Source of the DNA: Isoptericola halotolerans
Lineage (GTDB): Bacteria; Actinomycetota; Actinomycetes; Actinomycetales; Cellulomonadaceae
Assembly: GCF_013149785.1 (NCBI RefSeq)
Contig: NZ_JABEZU010000002.1
Coordinates: 372,001 to 436,000 of the forward strand
Direction: 5' to 3'
DNA: 64,000 bases
Position numbers and translations under genes: made by a program
The notes under the pieces: generated by a model
Told to the model about the DNA's origin: nothing
Databases searched by the model: none
What the model saw: the letters and a program-made list of their open reading frames with translations, nothing else
In this document: in pieces, positions 29,317-39,232 of the stretch
Position numbering within the stretch: position 1 is the first letter of the stretch
How the letters are laid out: the number at the start of each line of letters is the position of its first letter

Positions 29317-29542
29317 CGGTCCACAACCAGCCGACGATGCGGGCGCCGTGCCCGCCGAGTGCCCCGACGCCTCTCACGCCGAGCTCGCCCGTGGCCATGC
29401 GGGACCGGCGCGCGAAAGCCGCCCGCCTTGTCGGCTCGCCCTCGTCGTTTCCTCGATGATGCGCGCCACGCGCTAGGCTGTGGGGCGATCCGGGCCGCGC
29501 TTCGTGCTCGGCCAGGGTCACCATCGTGCAAGGACGGTGGGA

Positions 29543-29615
29543 GCGCCTGTAGCTCAGTGGATAGAGCACCGCTCTCCTAAAGCGGGTGTCGGCAGTTCGA
29601 GTCTGCCCAGGCGCA
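29543..29615 (+). tRNA. tRNA-Arg (anticodon CCT)
   Basis: Acceptor stem GCGCCTG/CAGGCGC, D arm AGCTCAGTGGATAGAGC, anticodon arm CCGCT-CT-CCT-AA-AGCGG and T arm GGCAG-TTCGAGT-CTGCC. CCA is not encoded. Confidence 0.97.
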
Positions 29616-29791
29616 CAGAGGCCCGGTGGCGTCTCACCATCCGCGTGGGACCGGCGAGGGACCAGGCGAGACGACCCGTCGCCCTGGCGCGGACCCCGTG
29701 TCACGAGACCGGCGGCGGACGCCGACTGGTGACGGGGACCCTGGTAGCGCGCTGTGTCGCGGCCGCGGTGCAGGAGAACGAAGGAGTACAT

Positions 29792-31936
29792 GTGGCGAGA
29801 CCTGGCAGGCGCCGGTCCGGGGGCGCGCGCCCTGACGTCGGCGCTCAGCGTCGCCGCGCCCCCCGTCCTGCCGAGCGAGGCATCGTCCCGGTGCTCGCCG
29901 ACGTCGCTCGCGAGGTCGACAACGCGGTGAAGCGCCCTCCCACCCGACCGGCGGTCCGGACGAAGTTCCAGGTCGTGGCGCTGCTCGTGCGTGAGGAGCG
30001 GGCGCGGGTGAAGGGCGACGGCACGCTGACCGCAGCCAAGCAGGCCCAGGAGCTCAAGCGGCTCGACGGGGTGGCGACGCTGCTGGCGAAGATCGCAGCC
30101 CGGGACACGTCGCTGCTCGAGCTGCTCGCGGAGGACGCCCGGCTCTCCGACTCCGCGCACGCGTACAAGGCGAGCGTGATGCGCACGGGTGGGCTCGAGC
30201 CGCCCGAGGAGACGGAACCCCCGGCGCCGGCCGCCCCGCCGCCCGGCGCTCAGAAAGGGGTCGTGCCCCAGTCGGCGATCTCGCACCGGCTGGCCAACCC
30301 CTTCCTCGCGCCCGACTTCGAGGCGGCGACCGAGCGCGCGGCCGCGCGCCCCCGCCGGCTGGCGGGGTGGGAGCTGCTCGAGCCTCTCTTCCGGTCGTTC
30401 GAGGTGGCGTCCCCCGGCACGCCATCCTGCATGGAGTTGCCCGAGGCGGGATCCGTACCCGTCGCCCACGGCCGCGCGCTGATGCCGCACCAGGCCCAGG
30501 TCGTGGCCGCGACGGCGCGCGGACATCGCACGTTCCTGCTCGCGGACGAGCCCGGACTCGGCAAGACCGCCCAGGCGCTGCTCGCGGCCCAGGCGGCGGA
30601 CGCCTTCCCGCTGCTGGTCGTGGCGCCCAACGTGGTCAAGACGAACTGGGCGCACGAGGTCGACCTGTGGACGCCGCTGCGGCGGGCGACGGTCGTCCAC
30701 GGTGACGGCGATCGGGTCGACGCCTTCGCCGACGTCGTGATCGTGAACTACGACATCCTGAACCGGCACGTCGACTGGCTCGGCGAGCTCGGCTTCCGCG
30801 GGATGGTCGTCGACGAGGCGCACTTCATCAAGAACAAGGCCTCGCAGCGTTCGCAGCACGTCCTGGCGCTCTCCGAGCGGATCCGTGAACGCACCGCCCG
30901 GCCGCTCCTGATGGCACTCACCGGTACCCCGCTGATCAACGACATCGAGGACTTCCGGGCGATCTGGCAGTTCCTCGGCTGGATCGACGACACGAAGCCG
31001 ATCGGGAAGCTGATGACGGCTCTGGAGGAGACCGGCCTGACCCCGGCGGACCGGGGGTTCTACGCCTCCACCCGCGCCAGCGTCATCGACAGGGGCATCG
31101 TGCGTCGCCGCAAGGTGGACGTGGCGGCGGACATCCCCGCCCGCCGGGTGGCGGACGTGCCGCTCGAGCTCGAGGGCGCCGTCGGCCGCTCCGTCCGGGC
31201 TGCCGAGGCCGCGCTCCAGCGGCGCCTCGTCGACCGCTACCGGTCTGCCGTGGCGGCCCGTCCCGACGACGTCGTCGTGGAGGGCATCGACCTGGACCTT
31301 GCCCGCCGGGTCGCGGCGGCCGAGCTCAAGGACTCGAGCTCCAGGGCTCGTGGCGAGAACGTGTTCTCGATGGTCCGCCGGATCGGCCAGGCCAAGGCCG
31401 GGCTGGCCGCCGACTACGCCGCGCAGCTGGCCCGCAACGTCGGCAAGGTGGTGTTCTTCGCCAAGCACGTCGACGTGATGGACCAGGCCGAGCAGACCTT
31501 CGCGGACCGCGGCATCCGGTACGCCTCGATCCGTGGCGACCAGACGCCCGCGGTGCGCGAGAAGAACGTCGCCGCGTTCACGGAGGACCCCGAGGTGTCG
31601 ATCGCCGTGTGCTCCCTGATGGCCGCCGGCGTGGGCCTCAACCTCCAGGTCGCCTCCAACCTCGTGCTGGCGGAGCTGTCCTGGACCGACGCCGAGCAGA
31701 CCCAGGCCATCGACCGGATCCACCGGATCGGTCAGGCGGAGCCCGTCACCGCCTGGCGGCTCATCGCCGCGCAGACCATCGACTCCAAGATCGCCGGGCT
31801 GATCGACAGCAAGTCGGGGCTGGCCGCCCGCGCGCTGGACGGGGCGGCGGTCGAGGACGTCTCATCGTCCACGGACGTCCAGCTCGAAGCCCTGGTCGGG
31901 CTGCTCACCGACGGGCTCGCCGAGGGCGTGGGCTGA
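29792..31936 (+). CDS. SNF2-family DEAH helicase/ATPase
   Basis: LADEPGLGKT, VDEAHFIKN, LTGTPLIN, GVGLNL and QAIDRIHRIGQ. RBS AAGGAG precedes GTG 29792. Confidence 0.92.
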   Translation: MARPGRRRSGGARPDVGAQRRRAPRPAERGIVPVLADVAREVDNAVKRPPTRPAVRTKFQVVALLVREERARVKGDGTLTAAKQAQELKRLDGVATLLAKIAARDTSLLELLAEDARLSDSAHAYKASVMRTGGLEPPEETEPPAPAAPPPGAQKGVVPQSAISHRLANPFLAPDFEAATERAAARPRRLAGWELLEPLFRSFEVASPGTPSCMELPEAGSVPVAHGRALMPHQAQVVAATARGHRTFLLADEPGLGKTAQALLAAQAADAFPLLVVAPNVVKTNWAHEVDLWTPLRRATVVHGDGDRVDAFADVVIVNYDILNRHVDWLGELGFRGMVVDEAHFIKNKASQRSQHVLALSERIRERTARPLLMALTGTPLINDIEDFRAIWQFLGWIDDTKPIGKLMTALEETGLTPADRGFYASTRASVIDRGIVRRRKVDVAADIPARRVADVPLELEGAVGRSVRAAEAALQRRLVDRYRSAVAARPDDVVVEGIDLDLARRVAAAELKDSSSRARGENVFSMVRRIGQAKAGLAADYAAQLARNVGKVVFFAKHVDVMDQAEQTFADRGIRYASIRGDQTPAVREKNVAAFTEDPEVSIAVCSLMAAGVGLNLQVASNLVLAELSWTDAEQTQAIDRIHRIGQAEPVTAWRLIAAQTIDSKIAGLIDSKSGLAARALDGAAVEDVSSSTDVQLEALVGLLTDGLAEGVG

Positions 31937-31962
31937 GCCTCGGTCGCCGTACGATCGGGAGC

Positions 31963-32481
31963 ATGCCGCTCTCCGCCGTCGAGCCACGCCTTGACTCGCC
32001 CGACCCGAAGGCCCAGCTCGTCGCCTACCTCGACTACTACCGGACCGCCGTGGAGCGGAAGCTCGACGGGCTCACCGAGGCCGAGCTGCGCACGAGCCGC
32101 CTCCCGTCCGGGTGGACGCCGATGGAGCTGCTGATCCACCTGGTGCACATGGAACGACGCTGGTTCGTGTGGGGGTTCCTCGGCGAGCAGGTCCCCGACC
32201 CGTGGGGCGACCACGCCGACGGCGTCCCCGACGGGCCGTGGCAGGTGCCCGACGGCGTCACCGCGGCCGAGCTGGTCGCGGCGCTGCACGCCGGCGGGCG
32301 GCGCACGCAGGCGGTGCTCGCCGACCACGACCTCGCCGAGCGCGGCGCCGTCGGCGGCCGGTTCACCGCCGACCCTCCCACGCTGACCTGGATCTGCTTC
32401 CACGTGCTGCAGGAGTACGCCCGGCACGCCGGGCACCTCGACGTCGCGCGCGAGCTCGCGGACGGGGACCTCGGCGAGTAG
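31963..32481 (+). CDS. DinB/DUF664-family protein
   Basis: LPSGWTPMELLIHLVHMERRW and HVLQEYARHAGHLD. TACGAT 7 nt before the ATG (leaderless). Confidence 0.88.
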   Translation: MPLSAVEPRLDSPDPKAQLVAYLDYYRTAVERKLDGLTEAELRTSRLPSGWTPMELLIHLVHMERRWFVWGFLGEQVPDPWGDHADGVPDGPWQVPDGVTAAELVAALHAGGRRTQAVLADHDLAERGAVGGRFTADPPTLTWICFHVLQEYARHAGHLDVARELADGDLGE

Positions 32482-32769
32482 CCCTCCGAGGTGGCTGCTT
32501 CCTCTCCACGACGAGGCGGGGGAAACGACTGACTGGCCTGGTGACCCGGGACGATCCCGTCCACAAGGGGCGCACTGCGCGTATTGCCATCCGGACACAC
32601 CGACTTCACAAGTTGACCACGATTCTGATTGCCGCGACCATGACTCCGCGGACCAGGCGACGTCGACGCCCGCGTCGACTCGGTCGCCCTCGGGCGGTCT
32701 GGACGCTCCCGCGGCGTTCTCGTCGTCGGGACCCCCACAGTCCACCCGTGCGAGAGGGCCCCACGCGAC

Positions 32770-33450
32770 ATGACCACCACCGTGCCCGCCGACGCCACGC
32801 GATCCGCGCGGCGCGGCGTCGAGCCCGCGGCCCCGGCTCCGGCCGCCTCCGTGGCCCCGCCGCCCAAGCTCCGCCGTCGGCCGGTCCTCGTGGTCGCCGG
32901 CGTCGCGGCGATCTGCCTGGGGGCGCTGCTGAGCCTGTGGGCGTACAGCTCGACCTCCGAGGCGCAGAGCGTGCTCGCCGTGCGCCAGACCGTCGAGCGT
33001 GGTCAGGTGATCAGCGCCGACGACCTCATGACCGTCCAGGTCGGTGTCGACCCGGCCCTGCAGGTGCTGCCCTCGGGCGACCTCGACACCGTGGTGGGCA
33101 TGCGCGCGGCCCTCGACCTGTCGGCCGGCAACCTCGTGACGGCCGAGCAGGTCACCGACACGCCGATCCCGGCCGACGGCACCTCCGTGGTCGGGGTGAG
33201 CCTGTCGGCCGGCACTCTGCCCGTGGGACAGGTCCGCGTCGGCGACCCCGTGCGCATCGTCACCACGGCGGGCGGTGCTGACGAGGACCCGCAGGTCGTC
33301 GAGGCCGAGGTCGTGGACATCACCGGCGACGAGCTCTCCGGCACCACCATCCTCAACCTGCAGGTGGACTTCGACGACGCGCCCGTCGTGGCCTCCCGGG
33401 CCGCCTCCGGTGACGTGGCCGTGGTGCTCGACCCCAGCCAGGAGGGCTGA
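32770..33450 (+). CDS. SAF-domain protein (RcpC/CpaB-like Flp pilus assembly protein)
   Basis: Single TM after RRRP, SAF motif VLAVRQTVERGQVISADDL and GDPVRIV. First gene of the tad operon. Confidence 0.8.
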   Translation: MTTTVPADATRSARRGVEPAAPAPAASVAPPPKLRRRPVLVVAGVAAICLGALLSLWAYSSTSEAQSVLAVRQTVERGQVISADDLMTVQVGVDPALQVLPSGDLDTVVGMRAALDLSAGNLVTAEQVTDTPIPADGTSVVGVSLSAGTLPVGQVRVGDPVRIVTTAGGADEDPQVVEAEVVDITGDELSGTTILNLQVDFDDAPVVASRAASGDVAVVLDPSQEG

Positions 33451-33453
33451 GCG

Positions 33454-34248
33454 ATGGCGCTCGTCGCACTCACCTCCGCGGGTGGGTCGCCCGGCGTGAC
33501 CAGCACCGCCCTGGGGCTGGCGCTGAGCTGGCCGCGCCCGGTGGTGCTCGTCGAGGCCGACCCCTCCGGGTCCCGCGCGCTCGCCGCCGGCTACTTCCGC
33601 GGCGGGCAGCTGCCGACGACGCGCACCCTCGTCGACCTCGCCGTCTCGCACCGCCAGGGCAGCCTCGTCGAGGACCTGCCGCGCACGCTGTTCTCGATCC
33701 CGGACTCGAAGGTGCAGGTGCTGACCGGTCCGCTGCGCCACTCCCAGGCGCGCGCCCTCGACCAGATCTGGGGACCGCTGGCCGGGCTGTTCAAGTCCCT
33801 GGAGCGGCAGGGGCAGGACGTCATCGTCGACATCGGCCGGCTCGGGCTGGAGGGCTCCGGCTACCAGCTGCTGGCCGCCGCCGACCTGGCCCTGCTGACC
33901 ACGCGCACCGACCTGCCCTCCCTCGTGGCCGCCGGGGCGTGGGCGGCGACCCTCCGGCAGACGTTCGAGCGGGGCGGTGCGCTGCACAACCTCGGCGCGC
34001 TGCTGGTCGGCCAGGGGCGGCCCTACGGCTCCGGCGAGGCCGCCAAGGTCCTCGGCCTGCCCGTCGTGGCTTCGCTGGCGTGGGACCCCGACACCGCCCA
34101 GGTGTACTCCCACGGAGCAGCACCGGGGCGCAAGTTCGCCACGGCACCGCTCAACAAGTCCCTGCGGGCCGCGGTGCAGGCAGCACAGTCCACGGTGGGC
34201 GCCGTCCGGTCCCAGCTCGAGCTCGCGATCGAGGGGAGCCCCCGATGA
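33454..34248 (+). CDS. TadZ/CpaE-like MinD/ParA-fold protein with a degenerate P-loop
   Basis: LTSAGGSPGVTSTA (no Walker lysine), LVEADPSG and VIVDIGR. Confidence 0.75.
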   Translation: MALVALTSAGGSPGVTSTALGLALSWPRPVVLVEADPSGSRALAAGYFRGGQLPTTRTLVDLAVSHRQGSLVEDLPRTLFSIPDSKVQVLTGPLRHSQARALDQIWGPLAGLFKSLERQGQDVIVDIGRLGLEGSGYQLLAAADLALLTTRTDLPSLVAAGAWAATLRQTFERGGALHNLGALLVGQGRPYGSGEAAKVLGLPVVASLAWDPDTAQVYSHGAAPGRKFATAPLNKSLRAAVQAAQSTVGAVRSQLELAIEGSPR

Positions 34249-35924
34249 GCAACCTGCCCCACGACCCCAGCGACCTGCCGATCTTCGGCGGGAGCGGCAC
34301 CGGCAACGACGAGCTCTCCCCGCTCGCGCACGCCCTGGCGGGCACCCTCACCGAGCGAGGCGGGGCGCGCGGAGCGCAGGCAGCCGGCGACCCGGCCGCA
34401 CCAGCGTCCACGCCGGTCGCGGTGCAGCACGCGGACGCTCCGCCGTCGTACCCGCCGGCCTTCCGGCCTGCCGGTCCCGCCCGCCCCGCCCCGGCCCAGC
34501 AGGCGGAGTCCGTCCAGAGCCCGGTCCACGCCCCCGCGCAGGCCCCTGCCCCCGCCCCCACCCGTGCGCCAGCACAGGCGGGCAGCATCGACTGGAAGCA
34601 GGTCGCCGCCCTGCGGTCCCAGGCGTCCGAGCAGCTCACCGCCGCGCTCGGCGAGGAGCGGGGCGCCGACCTCGAGACCGAGCGTGAGCTCGGTCGGGCC
34701 ATCATCACCGAGCTGTTGCAGTCGACGGTCGCCGACCGCATCCACGACGGCGAGCCGACATGGAACCTCGTCGAGCAGCAGCAGATGGCCGAGGCCGTGT
34801 TCAACGCGCTGTTCGGCCTGGGCCGGTTGCAGCCGTACGTCGACGACGACTCCGTCGAGAACATCATCATCACCGGGGCCGCGAACGTCTGGCTGGAGAA
34901 GACGGACGGCATGCTCGTGCGTGCCGAACCTGTCGCGGACTCCGACGCCGAGCTGCTCGACTTCCTGTCCTTCGTCGCCTCCCGCAGCGAGGTCAACGCC
35001 CGCAGCTTCTCCTCGGCCAGCCCACGGCTGCACATGCGGCTCGACGGCGGCGCGCGCCTTGCGGCCGCGGCGTGGGTCACCGCGCGCCCGTCGGTCGTGA
35101 TCCGGCGCCACCGGCTGCGCAAGGTCACCCTCGGGGACCTGATCGGCCGGAACATGCTCACCCCGGTGGCGGCGTCGTTGCTGTCCGCGGCGGTCCGCGC
35201 CGGCAAGTCGATCGTGGTCGCCGGTCCGCAGGGCGCGGGCAAGACGACGATGGTGCGGGCCCTGTGCGCCGAGTTCGAGCCGCACGAGAAGATCGGCACG
35301 TTCGAGACGGAGTTCGAGCTGCACCTTCACGAGCTGCCCGACGTGCACCCGATCGTGCACGCGTGGGAGGCCCGCCCGGGCTCCGGCGAGATCGGCGCGG
35401 ACGGCAAGCAGGCCGGTGAGTTCACCCTGGACGAGGCGCTGTACGACTCGTTCCGCTTCAACCTCTCGCGCCAGATCGTCGGCGAGGTCCGTGGCCGCGA
35501 GGTCTGGGCCATGATCAAGGCGATGGAGTCCGGTACCGGGTCGATCTCCACCACGCACTCGTCCGACGGCGAGGCCGCGATCCGCAAGCTCGTCACCTGC
35601 GCGATGGAGGCCGGCCCGCACGTCACGCGCGACCTGGCGACCTCCAAGCTGGCCGAGACCGTCGACATCATCGTGCAGGTCCACCTGGAGACGACCTCGC
35701 TGGGCGACGACCAGTGGCGGCGCGACCGGTGGGTCTCGGAGATCGTCCACGTCACCCCGGGCGAGGTGGCCAAGGGCTACGCGACCACCCGCGTCTTCGC
35801 GCCGAACCCGGCGGGCGGGCCGGCCGTGCCCGGGACGCTGCCCGACGAGCTGCGCAGCCTGACCCGCTACGGCTTCGACCTCGACGGCTACCTGGCCGCG
35901 AGCGTGGGCGAGCAGGTCGCCTGA
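34245..35924 (+). CDS. tadA: CpaF/TadA pilus assembly ATPase
   Basis: GLGRLQP, GPQGAGKTT, ETEFEL, IVGEVRGRE and STTHS; Pro/Ala-rich N-terminal extension. Confidence 0.9.
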   Translation: MSNLPHDPSDLPIFGGSGTGNDELSPLAHALAGTLTERGGARGAQAAGDPAAPASTPVAVQHADAPPSYPPAFRPAGPARPAPAQQAESVQSPVHAPAQAPAPAPTRAPAQAGSIDWKQVAALRSQASEQLTAALGEERGADLETERELGRAIITELLQSTVADRIHDGEPTWNLVEQQQMAEAVFNALFGLGRLQPYVDDDSVENIIITGAANVWLEKTDGMLVRAEPVADSDAELLDFLSFVASRSEVNARSFSSASPRLHMRLDGGARLAAAAWVTARPSVVIRRHRLRKVTLGDLIGRNMLTPVAASLLSAAVRAGKSIVVAGPQGAGKTTMVRALCAEFEPHEKIGTFETEFELHLHELPDVHPIVHAWEARPGSGEIGADGKQAGEFTLDEALYDSFRFNLSRQIVGEVRGREVWAMIKAMESGTGSISTTHSSDGEAAIRKLVTCAMEAGPHVTRDLATSKLAETVDIIVQVHLETTSLGDDQWRRDRWVSEIVHVTPGEVAKGYATTRVFAPNPAGGPAVPGTLPDELRSLTRYGFDLDGYLAASVGEQVA

Positions 35925-36790
35925 TGCCTCCTCTCGTCCCCGCCCTGGGCGGCGCGCTCGCCGTCGCGGGGATCCTCGCGCTCGTGGCCGGGATCCGTCG
36001 TGTCCCGGAGCTGCCGGACACCGGTCCGCGACGGTCGGTGCTGCTGGGGCGCTGGCGCGGGGTGCGCCGGAGCACCCGCCTGCTGCTGCTCGCCGGGCTC
36101 GTCGCCGGGATCGTCGCCTACCTCCTGACCGGTTGGCTCATCGCCGTGCCGGTCGGGCCGCTCGCCGTGGCCGGGCTGCCGCTGCTGCTCTCGGCCCCGG
36201 CCGGCGCCGAGCGGGTCGCCAAGCTCGAGGCGCTGGAGGAGTGGACCCGTGGCCTCGCGGGGGTGCTGACGGTCGGCGTGGGGCTGGAGGAGGCCCTGCG
36301 CGCGACGCTGCGCTCCACCCCGCCGGCGATCCGGCCCGAGGTGACCCGGCTGGTGGCGCGCATCCGTGCCCGCGTCGGCACCGAGGACTCGCTGCGCGCG
36401 TTCGCGGACGACCTCGACGACGAGGTCGGGGACACCGTCGCGTCCTACCTGATCCTGGGCGCTCGGCGTCGCGGGCAGGGCCTGGCGTCGGTGCTCAACA
36501 CCCTGGCCGAGTCGGTGGCCCACGAGGTGCGTGACGCCCGGGCGATCGAGGCGGACCGCGCCAAGCCGCGCACCACCGCGCGCGTCGTCACGCTGCTGAC
36601 GGTAGGGGCGCTCGGGCTGCTGGCGTTCAGCGGCGAGTACATGGACCCCTACCGCACCGCGGCCGGGCAGGTCCTGCTGGTCTTCTACCTCACCGGGTAC
36701 GTGGTGCTGCTGATCTGGATGCGGCAGATGACCGCCGGGAAGAAGGCGCCCCGCTTCCTGGGGACCGCCGTGGCCGGGGGTGAGGCGTGA
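35924..36790 (+). CDS. tadB: TadB-like pilus platform membrane protein (T2SS F-type domain)
   Basis: TM helices, GVGLEEAL, FADDLDD and IEADRAKPRTTAR; directly follows tadA. Confidence 0.82.
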   Translation: MPPLVPALGGALAVAGILALVAGIRRVPELPDTGPRRSVLLGRWRGVRRSTRLLLLAGLVAGIVAYLLTGWLIAVPVGPLAVAGLPLLLSAPAGAERVAKLEALEEWTRGLAGVLTVGVGLEEALRATLRSTPPAIRPEVTRLVARIRARVGTEDSLRAFADDLDDEVGDTVASYLILGARRRGQGLASVLNTLAESVAHEVRDARAIEADRAKPRTTARVVTLLTVGALGLLAFSGEYMDPYRTAAGQVLLVFYLTGYVVLLIWMRQMTAGKKAPRFLGTAVAGGEA

Positions 36791-37701
36791 TGACCACCGG
36801 ACTGCAGATCGCCCTGCTGGGCGGCGCCCTCCTCGCCGGCGGCATCGTGCTGCTCGCGTGGCGGCTCATCCCGGCCCAGCCCGACCTCGCGGACGTGCTG
36901 CGGCGCAACTCGCCCGAGGGGGTCAAGGAGCAGGCCGCTGCCGACACCGCGGCCGCCGCGGGCGAGGGGTTCGCCGAACGGCTGGGCGTGTGGGCGCTGC
37001 GGCGTTTCCCGACGCGGGTGTGGGGCAGGACACCGACCAAGGAGCTCGCGCTGCTGCGGATCCCGCTGCACCGCTACTACGGCGAGAAGGTCGTCTTCGC
37101 GCTCGTCGGCCTGCTGTTCCCCTCGCTGCTGAGCTACTTCCTCGCGGTCTCCGGGATCCAGGTTCCCGTCGCGATCCCTCTCCTCGGGTCGCTGGGTCTC
37201 GCCGCCGGGCTGTTCTTCCTGCCGGACCTCAACGCCCGTGACGACGCCCGCAAGGCACGCCAGGAGTTCAGCCGGGCGCTGGGCGCCTACTCGGACCTCG
37301 TCGCGCTGGAACGCCTCGGCGGTGCCGGTGCCCGGCAGGCCATGGAGCTCGCGGCCGAGATCGGCGACAGCTGGGTGTTCCGCCGGCTCAGCGAGGAGCT
37401 GTCCCGCTCCCGCTGGAACGGCAAGGCTCCGTGGGACGCGCTGCACGCGCTGTCCGACGAGCTGGGCCTGCCGGAGCTCGCCGAGCTGGCCGACGTCATG
37501 CGTCTCAGCAAGGAGGGCTCCCAGGTCTACACCCAGCTCCGTGCCCGGTCCGAGGGGCTTCGATCCGCCCGGCTGAGCGAGGAGCTGTCCAGCGCGAACT
37601 CCGCCAGCGAGCGGCTCAGCATCCCGATCGGGCTGCTCGCCGTGATGTTCGTCGTCATCATGATCACGCCCAGCATGCTCAACCTCATGGGCGGGCTCTG
37701 A
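36787..37701 (+). CDS. tadC: TadC-like pilus platform membrane protein
   Basis: YSDLVALER, PWDAL, L..ELGLPEL, LRAR and SERLSIP followed by a C-terminal TM. Confidence 0.82.
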   Translation: MMTTGLQIALLGGALLAGGIVLLAWRLIPAQPDLADVLRRNSPEGVKEQAAADTAAAAGEGFAERLGVWALRRFPTRVWGRTPTKELALLRIPLHRYYGEKVVFALVGLLFPSLLSYFLAVSGIQVPVAIPLLGSLGLAAGLFFLPDLNARDDARKARQEFSRALGAYSDLVALERLGGAGARQAMELAAEIGDSWVFRRLSEELSRSRWNGKAPWDALHALSDELGLPELAELADVMRLSKEGSQVYTQLRARSEGLRSARLSEELSSANSASERLSIPIGLLAVMFVVIMITPSMLNLMGGL

Positions 37702-37736
37702 TCTCCGCCCGCGCTTGTCACTCCAGGAAGGTCACC

Positions 37737-37934
37737 ATGTTCCAGAGAATCCTCGCCACCGCCCACCTCGTCGGCCTGCGGCTCGCCGAGTCGACCCGTC
37801 GCCGCGCGGAGTCCGAGCGCGGCTCGTACACCGTCGAGCTGGTCGTCGTCCTGGCCGCGATCGTGCTCATCGCCGTCGCGGTGACGGCGATCATCCAGAC
37901 GGGTGTGCTGGAGCAGGTCAACGAGATCTTCTGA
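37737..37934 (+). CDS. Flp-type major prepilin
   Basis: 65 aa; basic leader ending ERG|SYTVE (class III signal with Glu+5) then one hydrophobic helix. Own RBS (AGGAAGG). Confidence 0.8.
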   Translation: MFQRILATAHLVGLRLAESTRRRAESERGSYTVELVVVLAAIVLIAVAVTAIIQTGVLEQVNEIF

Positions 37935-37936
37935 GC

Positions 37937-38347
37937 GTGAGCCTCCGTCGCACCCACCGAGGTGACCAGCGCCGCGACCGCGGGGCGGACGAGCGGGGCT
38001 CGGCAGCCGTCGAGCTCGTCGTCGTCTTCCCCGTGGTGCTCCTGCTGCTGTTCGCCGGCATGCAGGGCGCGCTGCTGTACCAGGCGAAGGCGACAGCCCT
38101 CGCGGCGGCGCAGGACGGCGCTCGGACGGCTGCGGGGGAGGGGCGCACGGTGGACCAGGGCTACGCCGCCGCCCGGAGCTTCCTCGCGGCGTCGTCGCTC
38201 GGTCAGAAGAGCTCGGACGTGAACGGCAACCGCACTCCCACCGAGGCGACCTTCGTGGTCACGGTCACGTCGCAGACCGTCATCCCGTTGTGGAGCCCGA
38301 CGGTGACGCAGTCCGCGTCGATGCCCGTGGAGAGGATCACCGGATGA
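37937..38347 (+). CDS. TadE-like minor pilin
   Basis: DERG|SAAVELVVVFP...AAAQDGAR. Confidence 0.87.
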   Translation: MSLRRTHRGDQRRDRGADERGSAAVELVVVFPVVLLLLFAGMQGALLYQAKATALAAAQDGARTAAGEGRTVDQGYAAARSFLAASSLGQKSSDVNGNRTPTEATFVVTVTSQTVIPLWSPTVTQSASMPVERITG

Positions 38348-38784
38348 CCTGGTTCCGAGCACGCCGCAGCGCCGAGGAGGGATCCTCGGCGCTGGAGCTC
38401 GTCATCGTGGTGCCCGTGATCCTGTTGATCTTCGGGGCGATCGCGCTGGGTGGCCGGATCGCCGTCGCCGACCTCGCGGTGGACTCCGCGGCGGCGGAGG
38501 CCGCCCGGACGGCCTCGATCGCCCGGACGCAGGGCGAGGCCGACTCCTCGGCCGCGAGGGCCGCCAGGGCCACCCTGGCCAACCAGGACCTCGACTGCGT
38601 CGAGGGACCCACCGTCGCGGTGGACACCTCGCAGTTCGCGAACGCGGTCGGCACCCCCGCGACGGTGTCGGCGACGGTGACCTGCCGGGTGAACCTCTCC
38701 GGGCTCGCCCTGCCCGGCATCCCGGGGACCAGGGTCATCACGAAGACCGCCACCAGCCCGCTCGACACCTACCGGGAGCGCTGA
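38344..38784 (+). CDS. TadE-like minor pilin
   Basis: EEG|SSALELVIVVP...AAEAARTAS, two Cys and C-terminal SPLDTYR. Confidence 0.87.
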   Translation: MTWFRARRSAEEGSSALELVIVVPVILLIFGAIALGGRIAVADLAVDSAAAEAARTASIARTQGEADSSAARAARATLANQDLDCVEGPTVAVDTSQFANAVGTPATVSATVTCRVNLSGLALPGIPGTRVITKTATSPLDTYRER

Positions 38785-38785
38785 C

Positions 38786-39232
38786 ATGCGAGACCCACGA
38801 CGTGCGACCGCCCACGACGACACCTCCGAGGACGGCGCCATCTCCACGTGGGTCGCGATGACCACCGTCGCGATGATGCTCTTCGTCGGGATCGCGGTGG
38901 ACTTCGGCGGTCAGGTCGGTGCTCTCCAGCGCGCCCGGGACGTGGCCACCCAGGCGGCCCGTGCCGGTGGTCAGGAGGTGGACCTCGTGCGGGCGACGCG
39001 CGGTGAGGCCGTCGCCGTGGACCCGGGGGCCGCCCAGGTCGCAGCAGCCAACTACCTGGCGACGGCCGGCGTCAGCGGGGACGTGAGGGTGGTCGACGGC
39101 ACCCGCCTGCTCGTCACGGTCGACGACTCCTACGCCACCAAGGTGCTGACCATCATCGGGGTGAGCAGCCTGCCGGTCACCGGGACCGCCGAGGCCCGGC
39201 TGGCCCGCGTCGTGGGAGGGGTCGAGCAGTGA
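38786..39232 (+). CDS. TadG-like pilus-associated protein
   Basis: EDG|AIS...GIAVDFG...QAARAG. Confidence 0.8.
   Translation: MRDPRRATAHDDTSEDGAISTWVAMTTVAMMLFVGIAVDFGGQVGALQRARDVATQAARAGGQEVDLVRATRGEAVAVDPGAAQVAAANYLATAGVSGDVRVVDGTRLLVTVDDSYATKVLTIIGVSSLPVTGTAEARLARVVGGVEQ

Noticed and set aside
29543..29700. tRNA-Arg as an integration site for the tad/adhesin region
   Set aside because: No integrase follows, and I saw no duplicate of the tRNA 3' end in the window. The next gene is an ordinary SNF2 helicase.
32482..32769. CRP box or riboswitch upstream of the tad operon
   Set aside because: Only a TCACA half-site (32606-32610) without the GTG half, and no recognisable RNA motif. Probably just a promoter and leader.
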